DNA of 64,000 nt from a virus (Duplodnaviria; Caudoviricetes): the IMG/VR virus record IMGVR_UViG_3300035512_000144, positions 1 through 64,000 of that record; one strand, written 5' to 3'. Under the pieces are notes generated by a model. The model was not told where the DNA came from, did not search any database, and saw only the letters and a program-made list of their open reading frames with translations. This document shows positions 56,199-64,000 of the stretch, one piece after another (within the stretch, counting starts at the first letter, position 1; the number at the start of each line of letters is the position of its first letter). Both the position numbers and the translations under genes were made by a program.

Positions 56199-57920
56199 CT
56201 AAAAAAACCTTGACATTACTTTTACTTCTGCAACTTTATTTTTCTTTGTCACTCGTACCGCAAAGTTTGAGAATACGTCCGGCACATCATCAAGCTGTTT
56301 TCCCGCTGATACTGAATATCCCAAAAGCAGAGACATCATAACGCCGTACTGCTCTTTTGGACTGTATAGCGACTGGTCTTTGAAAATAACGTGCTGCAAT
56401 ATCCAGTTTGAACACTGGTATATCCTTGCTTCTTTGTTTGTCTCTGTCGGCGTGTCAGTTATATTGCATATGTGACCTTTTTCTTCAACACGTTTGTTTA
56501 CTTCCATTGCAACCCTGTCACCTCCTGCATTCCGCTCAAAATCGCATTCCTGCATTTCGTGATGGACTATAAGGTTTGCAGAGTTCTCATACTGCTGTTC
56601 GTAGTCTGCCGTGTTGTCGCAAACACAATCAACACAATAATAATCGTCTCCATACTGATACAAGCAAGGCAAAACAAAGTAGTCTGTTCCTTTTCCCTTT
56701 GTATCGCATTGTCCAGTTATGAGGTCTGGTTTCTCACTTGGCAAATTAAGATACCGTCTGATTTTATCTTCCGGAAACAATAAACCTTCTCGCTCTATTG
56801 GTTCCTGCTTGTAAAGACATTTGTATGAAACATCGTCCATGAGATGAGCCTGATCCATGAAAAATGACACTGTAAAACCGCCAAACTCATAGTCAAAATT
56901 GCTCTCTCCTGTCTGTGGATCTATATCCGGCATTGAAATGACCTTAACTCTTGGACTGTTCCCATACATCTTTATCACTCGCCCAATCGTATCTAACGTA
57001 CTCCACCGCGTTGCATTTAATATTTCCTTGCAAGGCTTACCATCACTATCCATTGTCTTTCTTTGCCTTGCGTCTACGGTATATGCGCCCCATAGTTTTT
57101 CAAGATAATTCTTGTTCAATGCCTCTTCCAGTTTTCCAATCATATCGTCAATGAGTAAGAATTTTGATGCCCTTACCTTTCCGGCATTCTCCGAACCGAC
57201 TGACGCTGTCTGCAACGATGGAAATGGTTTGTACTTTGAGATATTAAATTGCTGCATCTTCGCGTTGGTAGATGTTACTTTTAAATCCGGGAAAATATCA
57301 CTCCAACAATATTCCTGCTCATCGGTCACCATCTGATATACGCCGTCATAATACATTCTTGTAATATCTCCGCTATGCGAATAAAACAAATTGTAATCAT
57401 TTGGATACCAGCCTATTACCGCAGAATTGAAGAATTTTAAAAGTGTCGTTTTCCCGGATCCCGGAATCATTGAAACGCAGATTATGTCATATATATCATC
57501 AATTGCCCCTTGGTACGCCTCAATAAGCCCAAATTTCGCAAATTGCTTTCTTTTTGGAGCATAGAATCTTTCACGTGGTTCTCTTTTCTTCTCCAAATAC
57601 AAGAGATAACTGTCCAGCACCTTGTTTTGTGCCTCCAGCTTTAAGATGCTGTAATTTGTGTCAAGTATTCCGTACCACGTCTTGTTAGCAAAGGCGTACT
57701 TTTCCAAATCCCACAAAGTACCTCCGGTCTGATTTATCACAAACTGTTCAATCAGATTTTTCGCCCTTGCCGACACTTTCAGCGCATATTCGATATCTCC
57801 CTCTGCGAATGCCACCTGTGTCGCTTGACTGTATGCGTTCACAGCCTCTTCCACGATACCGTTTTTTTCTATGTAATTTTCATAATCTTTTATGGTGTTT
57901 TTCAGCTCGATTGATGCCAT
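56199..57920 (-). CDS. terL: Terminase large subunit
   Basis: SMIPGSGKT; LLIDD; NATRW; nuclease CDTKGKG.D and DDVPD. Confidence 0.9.
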   Translation of the reverse strand: MASIELKNTIKDYENYIEKNGIVEEAVNAYSQATQVAFAEGDIEYALKVSARAKNLIEQFVINQTGGTLWDLEKYAFANKTWYGILDTNYSILKLEAQNKVLDSYLLYLEKKREPRERFYAPKRKQFAKFGLIEAYQGAIDDIYDIICVSMIPGSGKTTLLKFFNSAVIGWYPNDYNLFYSHSGDITRMYYDGVYQMVTDEQEYCWSDIFPDLKVTSTNAKMQQFNISKYKPFPSLQTASVGSENAGKVRASKFLLIDDMIGKLEEALNKNYLEKLWGAYTVDARQRKTMDSDGKPCKEILNATRWSTLDTIGRVIKMYGNSPRVKVISMPDIDPQTGESNFDYEFGGFTVSFFMDQAHLMDDVSYKCLYKQEPIEREGLLFPEDKIRRYLNLPSEKPDLITGQCDTKGKGTDYFVLPCLYQYGDDYYCVDCVCDNTADYEQQYENSANLIVHHEMQECDFERNAGGDRVAMEVNKRVEEKGHICNITDTPTETNKEARIYQCSNWILQHVIFKDQSLYSPKEQYGVMMSLLLGYSVSAGKQLDDVPDVFSNFAVRVTKKNKVAEVKVMSRFF

Positions 57921-58002
57921 AAAGAAAGCAGACGCCCCTTTCGTAATAAAAAAGAACGCCTGCTTGCGTGTCGCGCATACCTACTTGTATGTGCCGTAGA
58001 AT

Positions 58003-58233
58003 TTATAATAATTTCAAAGTTTGATTTACGATTTCACCATCTTTAAAAACTGGTCGATATCTATCGTCTAATATATTTTGAGTCAAAGTACAAGAAACTC
58101 TGTTTGGTTCATCTTCAAACACATCATGCCGGAAATGAAAGTCAACCATTGTTCCTGCTTTAACTTTTTCGCCGTTTATGTAAACCTCAGTAACGTTTCC
58201 GTCACTCTCTATTCTTACTTTTGGATTTTCCAT
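58003..58233 (-). CDS. Hypothetical protein
   Basis: GAGGT RBS. Confidence 0.5.
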   Translation of the reverse strand: MENPKVRIESDGNVTEVYINGEKVKAGTMVDFHFRHDVFEDEPNRVSCTLTQNILDDRYRPVFKDGEIVNQTLKLL

Positions 58234-58253
58234 AAACTACCTCACGTTATCTG

Positions 58254-59447
58254 CTATTCACTAGCCTTAAAATTATAAATAGGCTTGATGATTTTTTGAA
58301 TTTCAACTGTGTCTTTTATGTTCTCCACAATTTCATCAATAGGCTTGTACGCCATAGGACTTTCATCAATCGTAGATTGGTTCACAGAGGTTGTGTAAAT
58401 ACCACTCATTGACTTCTCAAATTCTTCAAGCGATATATTCTCTTGTGCTTTTCTTCTGCTCATTATCCGTCCTGCTCCGTGTGGTGCTGAACAGTTCCAA
58501 TCCTCGTTACCTTTTCCGACTCCAATAATGCAACCATCTCGCATATTCATAGGGATTAAAAGTCTTTCTCCCGATCTTGCCGATATTGCACCTTTGCGAA
58601 CCATATTAGTGTTATGCTCAATGTAGTTATGAATTGTTTCAAAGTAGGTTACATTCTCCCAATCCATTTTTCTACAAATTGTAGCTGCCATTATTCGCCT
58701 GTTCTCAACCGCAAACTCTTGACATATTTTCATATCGTGCAAATAATCTTCTCTATCACTTCCAGTAAGATAGCACAACTCTTTAGGGATTTTAGGAGTT
58801 TCAGCTTTAAACCTCTCTCGCAATTCCTTGATAGCTTTTGAAATTTCCTTTTGCTTTCCGTTTGCTTTATATTCTGCTATCAGTTTGCTTTCTTCATCAT
58901 GTATCTTCTTACTTCCTTGCATATTACTAATAGCAAGGTTTTGATAATATTCGGCTACTTGCTTTCCTAAGTTTCTGCTGCCACTGTGAATTATGAGATA
59001 CTTGCAGCCGTCCTCGTCAATATCAACCTCTATGAAGTGGTTTCCCCCGCCTAAAGTGCCTAAGCTGTTCTCTAGCCAAGAAATATTTTTCAATTCATTG
59101 TAGCATTTCAACTCTTTCAGCTTTGGAAATTCCTGCACGCAAGATGTATTCACATTTCTACCGCTAGGAATGTATGCCCTTATCACCTTGTCAAGCACGT
59201 CTAAATCTATATCGATATATCCCAACTCAGTTGTGAGCATTCCGCAGCCTATGTCAACTCCGACAATGTTAGGTATAACCTTTTCGCCTAAATCTGCCGT
59301 AAAGCCAATAACGCAACCTGACCCAGCGTGAACGTCAGGCATAATTCTTATTTTGCAATCTTTGAATGCCTGCTGTTCAATCAGCGTGTTTATTTGTTCT
59401 AACGCTTGTGGTTCTATGTTTTCTGTAAAAATTTTCAAATCACTCAT
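58254..59447 (-). CDS. rtcB: RtcB RNA ligase
   Basis: MPDVHAG, VGVDIGCG, GGGNHFIE, HSGSR, HNY, PHGAGR. Confidence 0.96.
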   Translation of the reverse strand: MSDLKIFTENIEPQALEQINTLIEQQAFKDCKIRIMPDVHAGSGCVIGFTADLGEKVIPNIVGVDIGCGMLTTELGYIDIDLDVLDKVIRAYIPSGRNVNTSCVQEFPKLKELKCYNELKNISWLENSLGTLGGGNHFIEVDIDEDGCKYLIIHSGSRNLGKQVAEYYQNLAISNMQGSKKIHDEESKLIAEYKANGKQKEISKAIKELRERFKAETPKIPKELCYLTGSDREDYLHDMKICQEFAVENRRIMAATICRKMDWENVTYFETIHNYIEHNTNMVRKGAISARSGERLLIPMNMRDGCIIGVGKGNEDWNCSAPHGAGRIMSRRKAQENISLEEFEKSMSGIYTTSVNQSTIDESPMAYKPIDEIVENIKDTVEIQKIIKPIYNFKASE

Positions 59448-59597
59448 TGTCTATCCCTCACGCCAACTTTTTCTTCGACACTTCCTTGACAGCAATTCCG
59501 TTGGAAGTTTTAACAATCTCTACGTCTTTTCCTTTTGCAATCGCGTTACCGATTTTCTCCGCATTGTCGATTATCAAAAGTTTAATTTCTCGGTTGG

Positions 59598-59867
59598 TCA
59601 TTCTTCTCTCCCTTTGCACAGACAATTTTTGGAGCAATAATGATTTGTTCCAAAACAATTTATTTCCGTAAAATGATGTTTGCACCCTGCGCACCAAACA
59701 CCCGGATTGTATAATTCTTGACGAGTCATTGAGTCTATCTTTTCTTTTAACTGTTCAATTCTTTTTTCAAAAAATTTTTTATCATGTTCATAATGTTCAA
59801 CATCAATTTCATATGACCTAATCAGTTCTTCCAGTTCCTTTATTTTCTTCCATGGTCTCAAAATCAT
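59598..59867 (-). CDS. Hypothetical coiled-coil/Cys protein
   Basis: Coupled ORF. Confidence 0.45.
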   Translation of the reverse strand: MILRPWKKIKELEELIRSYEIDVEHYEHDKKFFEKRIEQLKEKIDSMTRQELYNPGVWCAGCKHHFTEINCFGTNHYCSKNCLCKGREE

Positions 59868-60184
59868 AATCCGTGTATCTCCTTAAGTTTCGCATATCTG
59901 TCCACAAGCGTGTCAATCGCCACCAAAAGCTGATTGATTCTGATACAATCCGACTGGTATCTGTCATTCAGCTTTTCAACCTTTTTCTCCAACTCCTCGC
60001 ATTTCGCCGCAAGTTCCTCAAATGTGTAGTCCTCGGAGAAATCTTCTTCCGACTGGTGGAAATCTGTCACCGATTCATCAGTCTTGCACAATCCGTTCTT
60101 GATTTTCAGTAAATTGTCCTTTACGGCAAGTTCGGAGTTCAGTTCATAAATTGTTTTTTCAAGTAATTTTATCTTATCTTTCAA
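59864..60184 (-). CDS. Hypothetical coiled-coil protein
   Basis: DCIRINQL..IDTL. Confidence 0.5.
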   Translation of the reverse strand: MKDKIKLLEKTIYELNSELAVKDNLLKIKNGLCKTDESVTDFHQSEEDFSEDYTFEELAAKCEELEKKVEKLNDRYQSDCIRINQLLVAIDTLVDRYAKLKEIHGL

Positions 60185-60291
60185 CGCTTCATTATGGCAA
60201 CGATAACTTTCATTTTCCTCTTTCAGTTCACCGATACGTTTGTCAAGTTTTTTTTATAGTCTCTTCAAAATAATCTTCTTTTTTCATTGTT

Positions 60292-60519
60292 TCACTCGCA
60301 TAACCTTTCACCGCACATTGGGCAATACTCAATTTCTATGTAACCGCAAGCCAGATTATATTTATAAAACATAATAGCCGGCTCATCATTCGCATTGACA
60401 TGAATCTGTGCTCCTGTCGGAGTGCAAATCATACGTCCGTTTCCAGCTGGATTGACTAGAATAATACGACCTGCTCTTGAACCGTCATTTAAATGATACT
60501 TGTTGCAAAAATCACACAT
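60292..60519 (-). CDS. Small Cys-rich protein
   Basis: MCDFC..IEYCPMCGERL. Confidence 0.5.
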   Translation of the reverse strand: MCDFCNKYHLNDGSRAGRIILVNPAGNGRMICTPTGAQIHVNANDEPAIMFYKYNLACGYIEIEYCPMCGERLCE

Positions 60520-60742
60520 CTTTATTCTCCCGAATGAAGTATAATCCCTCTAAGCTGTTCCCATTGTTCCATACTTCCGCAAACCACTTTCTGAATGTCG
60601 GCGTTGATACGCCCAACTTCTTCGCCGCCTGAGTGACTGACAACTCACATTTTAAAACCGCGTTATATGCGTCTATGAAATCGTCAATTCCTACTCTCTT
60701 GCCCTTGTAATAATTTGGATGCCCTTTTCCGTTCGCTTTCAT
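60512..60742 (-). CDS. Small HTH protein
   Basis: LSVTQAAKKLGVSTPTFRKW. Confidence 0.65.
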   Translation of the reverse strand: MKANGKGHPNYYKGKRVGIDDFIDAYNAVLKCELSVTQAAKKLGVSTPTFRKWFAEVWNNGNSLEGLYFIRENKDV

Positions 60743-60949
60743 TTGTCATGTCCTCTTCAATTTTCTTGCATATATCATTTATATCAAGAATCCAGTTTGT
60801 GAATTTCACAGCAACATACGAAAAAATAATAGTGTTAAATATATCACTTACAATCTTACTGTCTAAGGCATTAACAACACAATTAGCAATATTCATCACT
60901 AAAAATATTAGAAAAAATACAATCATATGTTTTGCATAATACTTTTTCA

Positions 60950-61723
60950 TTACTCTCTCCCTGTTATCAGTTCCGAATATGGCAAAGTTTCAATCCATGC
61001 ACAGAACGTTTTCCACTCGTCAAGTCTGTGGTTCTTCCTGCTGTTATACATGTTCGCCAACACCTCATAATTCAGCATGACGGTTGACTTTTGGTTGTAG
61101 CTTGACGGCAAAAGCTGTATTATCTGCCACCAGTATTTTTTGTCTTTGGTTTTTAGATATTCTTCTCGGCACGCATTTAAAGATGGTATAATCCATTCTG
61201 TAAGAATATCTTTTGGTGAATACAATTTATATCCATCACTATCCGGTATAGATATCTCATCTACTTTGAATAAATCCGGATTTTCTATCAAATGCTCATA
61301 GCTGAAATCATCAGGCGTAAATTCATTCTCGGTTATGCTGTGCATTGTGCTACATGAGTTTCTGACAGTGCCAACCTTGTAAGTATCTGCTTCTTTCCAC
61401 CAATACATAGGTGCTGTTATATCCGCATACACAACTATCATGCGCATAAACTTTCTCTCGTCCGAACCTGCCTTGCACAGTTTCTTCATAAGGTCTAAAT
61501 CATTCTTTCCAACTATGAAATTTGACATATGCAAATCATACTTATTGCACTCCGCATATTCACTATTTTCTCCGTCCACTGTAAAATAAGGGCATAACCC
61601 CTTTTGGCAATCATCATCATCGCACTCAAAACTATCTGATTTTTCCCAACTGTTCCATGAATTTCTCATGCCTCTTATTGCGTGTTCCCAACCTACAACA
61701 TCGACTTTCTCAATCTTAATCAT
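60950..61723 (-). CDS. Conserved phage protein, possibly ThyX-fold-like
   Basis: AIRGMRNSWNSW; KFMRMI.V..DITAP.YWWKE.DTYK..NSCSTMH. The canonical ThyX RHR motif is absent. Confidence 0.4.
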   Translation of the reverse strand: MIKIEKVDVVGWEHAIRGMRNSWNSWEKSDSFECDDDDCQKGLCPYFTVDGENSEYAECNKYDLHMSNFIVGKNDLDLMKKLCKAGSDERKFMRMIVVYADITAPMYWWKEADTYKVGTVRNSCSTMHSITENEFTPDDFSYEHLIENPDLFKVDEISIPDSDGYKLYSPKDILTEWIIPSLNACREEYLKTKDKKYWWQIIQLLPSSYNQKSTVMLNYEVLANMYNSRKNHRLDEWKTFCAWIETLPYSELITGRE

Positions 61724-61882
61724 TCAACATATCTCCTTATGCGGTTTCCAACAGGAAAGTTTTTTAAATAGCACTTATTATCCGTAACCATCTCGACCTC
61801 ACGTAACCATGTTGACATTATTTTGTTTTCGACAGGCAAGTGACCGTTATTGTCCTGTCTAGTCGGTAATGAACCGACCTCA

Positions 61883-61972
61883 TGGAGAAAGGTGGAATCG
61901 AACCACCATTGTTTACCGCTTGGGAACAGATTTACAGTCTGCCGCAACACAACCAGTAGTTGCCTTTTCTCC
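61883..61972 (-). tRNA. tRNA-Tyr (GTA), slightly atypical
   Basis: Acceptor GGAGAAA/TTTCTCC; anticodon arm GCAGA-CTGTAAA-TCTGT; T arm GGTGG-TTCGATT-CCACC; long variable region; A at position 8. Confidence 0.85.
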
Positions 61973-62428
61973 GTATTAAACCGCCTTTCACGGTCTGCGC
62001 TCCGAAAAGTCGCAGGGCTGGGTTCCACACCGTGACTGTGATTTACTAATTGACCGCACGAACAAATACCATTGTCAGTTACTTTGGGCTTAACTTCCTT
62101 GCTCCATACGTGTCAAAAATTTTCGCGCCATGTAAACTACCCAGGTACAGACAAGTTCCATGTGACTTGCCGCCTTTAACTTCCGGCGCGTTATCCGGCA
62201 ATAACCGATTACCAAAATCTCTGATATCCCGAATAAAGTTTTCTCCCACATCTGCCTTGTGGTAGCCTATGTGGGCTTTCGTTAGGTAGGTAAATAAGGC
62301 ACCTTCACGCCATGCCAAGCGGATTTTAACGTCTTTTCTGACAATTCTTATTGGCTTTCATATAGCCATCTGCCGAAATTATCCAGCTAGTATTCACCCC
62401 GCGTATGTCGGTGTGGGACAATCTCGAT

Positions 62429-62504
62429 TGACAGTCTGCGGAATCGAACCGCAATCCTCCGGCACCACTGCCAAAATGCCGTTATGCTCCGTACACCAAC
62501 TGTC
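62429..62504 (-). ncRNA. tRNA-like RNA with a 12-nt anticodon loop
   Basis: Acceptor GACAGTT/GACTGTC; CGGCA-TTTTGGCAGTGG-TGCCG; T arm TGCGG-TTCGATT-CCGCA. Confidence 0.7.
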
Positions 62505-62539
62505 AACAGGAGGTTAAAAGGTGGGAAAGAATCCCAAAC

Positions 62540-62595
62540 AGCCATAGACGGAATCGAACCATCTCACAGGTATTACCACTGTGCCTTGTATGGCT
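62540..62595 (-). ncRNA. 56-nt truncated tRNA-like RNA missing one arm
   Basis: Acceptor AGCCATA/TATGGCT; one hairpin CACAG/CTGTG; T arm GATGG-TTCGATT-CCGTC. Confidence 0.65.
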
Positions 62596-62598
62596 AAA

Positions 62599-62790
62599 TT
62601 ATTCAGCATGTCCTCCTAGATACACATCACAATCACTATTCATCTGTATCTCATCTATAAAAACATTTTTATATTTGCAATTATTTTTCCTACGCATAGC
62701 AAGCGGTTCACTGTCATATATTCCCAAACAATAAATCTCTGCTCCATCATCTTGTTCGTATTCGTCCGCAGTAACTATGTACAATTTCAT
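62599..62790 (-). CDS. Hypothetical protein
   Basis: 63-aa ORF. Confidence 0.45.
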   Translation of the reverse strand: MKLYIVTADEYEQDDGAEIYCLGIYDSEPLAMRRKNNCKYKNVFIDEIQMNSDCDVYLGGHAE

Positions 62791-63169
62791 GACCTATTCC
62801 CCTGTTATCTCGTTATCTGTTTCTGTCTGATTTTCATTTTCAGAAGGTTCTTTTTCCGAGACATTGTTGTCCGTCTGCTCTGTGTCTATATCTGTTCCGT
62901 TTTCCTGCTCCGATGCAAGAACTACAACCAACTCTGTGCGTGTAAAAGACGGCTGCACATAATAGCTGTCTATCTCTTTGTCCATTATTTCGCTCCATGA
63001 TGACTATGTTTTATGAAATAGCAATTATCATCCTGCTCAATCGTGTACATCGTTTCGCATTGGCAATCTGCTATTACCAGTTTCCCGGCTCTTGCCAACA
63101 GTTCTATTTCATCTGGTGATAAAATATGTTTTCTTCCGCAGTACGGACATTCAACGGTTATCATGTGTT

Positions 63170-63685
63170 CTACCTCCGAAACTCTCTCGCCAATATCTCA
63201 AACTGCACAGAATCATGCAGTTTACCATCAATCAGTTTTGCCACCTGTCTATAATGTCCGCATTCTACACCGCCATGTTTCTTGATAAAGTTTCTATACC
63301 CTTTGATTGCAGGATTGTCCATGTAACAACACCATTGCATTCTGTTCATGTGGTATTTCTCGAAAATATCGCAAATTGCTTGATACAGATCCTTTGCAAA
63401 CATTACATTTCCTTTGTCAAAGCTTATCGCTCCAAACCTATCCGCTGACATTGCAGACCAATCAACCGCGTATGATATGTAGCCAATAATGTTATCGTTT
63501 CCGTCTATAGACACAAAGCAATGCTTTTCGTAGTTGTTGTCAGGAAGATTGATATCACAATCTCCTGTGCCGCCGTTCCAGTACATATATTCCGTCTTGT
63601 ACCATGTCTTTGCATTTTCTTCCTGCAATTTTTCGCTGTATAACTGCGCTGGTCTTAACATCTCTACCTCCAGTACATCGGTCAT
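63170..63685 (-). CDS. GNAT-family acetyltransferase
   Basis: IIGYISY; NPAIKGYRNFIKKHGG; FEIL. Confidence 0.6.
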   Translation of the reverse strand: MTDVLEVEMLRPAQLYSEKLQEENAKTWYKTEYMYWNGGTGDCDINLPDNNYEKHCFVSIDGNDNIIGYISYAVDWSAMSADRFGAISFDKGNVMFAKDLYQAICDIFEKYHMNRMQWCCYMDNPAIKGYRNFIKKHGGVECGHYRQVAKLIDGKLHDSVQFEILAREFRR

Positions 63686-63721
63686 TCTATATAACCATCA
63701 GATATTCCCGCATTAGATTGT

Positions 63722-63982
63722 TTATGCGCGTATGCCTCTTAGGTCTACTCCCTCCATGACTGCCCTTGCCTCCAAAACTGCCATGTATTTTAACATAGCG
63801 TCTAACTGCAGCATGTAGGTACTTCTAGGACATGTAGGTGTGAAACTTAACGTTCCGTTATCCCATTCAATCACCATGTTTTGCAATTTCTTGTACCGTA
63901 TCTCCAACTGCGCATATTCAGCCTTGAATCTTTGCTTGTAGTCTGTACTTGTCATCATCGTTGCTGTGTCTTTTAATTCCAT
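63722..63982 (-). CDS. Small helical phage protein (crAss001_48-like)
   Basis: RFKAEY.QL.IRY.KL..TPTCPR..LQL.AM..Y.AVLEARA. Confidence 0.55.
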   Translation of the reverse strand: MELKDTATMMTSTDYKQRFKAEYAQLEIRYKKLQNMVIEWDNGTLSFTPTCPRSTYMLQLDAMLKYMAVLEARAVMEGVDLRGIRA

Positions 63983-64000
63983 TTCTTATAATCTCCTTTT

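Larger units (their letters stand above)
1..64000 (-). mobile_element. Temperate siphovirus-like phage/prophage filling the window; the right boundary is not seen
   Basis: Integrase, cI/cro switch, replication, terminase, portal, capsid, tape measure, tail and lysis genes are all present. No host housekeeping genes seen. Confidence 0.97.

Noticed and set aside
62079-62318. 79-aa ORF in the tRNA region
   Set aside because: No clear RBS or motif, and it overlaps predicted RNA stems.
250-63716. Numerous + strand ORFs in the track
   Set aside because: They are antisense shadows of minus-strand genes with implausible composition. Only cI, its neighbour and the XRE at 27989 were accepted; 25500-25751 is uncertain.

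Overview
The whole window is a temperate, siphovirus-type (pro)phage of a low-GC Gram-positive host. A Lachnospiraceae/Clostridia-like host is inferred from gene families and RBS style, not shown. Almost all genes are on the minus strand. Left to right: integrase and xis, then a long early operon (methylases, primase-helicase, initiator, RecT, SMC-like ATPase), the cro/cI switch near 26.6 kb, lysis genes, a DGR, tail, head, portal and terminase genes, RtcB, and a tRNA/tRNA-like cluster. The standout locus is 19.1-22.8 kb. It holds a 459-aa TnpB/Cas12f-like protein with all three RuvC catalytic positions changed. On each side of that gene is a homologous unit made of a ~140-nt structured tracr/omega-like RNA followed directly by a mini CRISPR-like array (36-nt repeats, 25-31-nt spacers). 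There is no cas1, cas2 or TnpA. An HTH gene and an overlapping soluble FtsK-like ATPase gene follow immediately. This looks like a phage-encoded, nuclease-dead, RNA-guided DNA-binding system. Also notable: a DGR with 13 adenine-specific TR/VR changes, no visible Avd and a YMDN reverse transcriptase; a G7-frameshifted C5 methylase; two -1 frameshift sites in tail genes; a second FtsK in a moron; and aberrant tRNA-like RNAs. Family names come from motif recognition by eye; no database searches were run.
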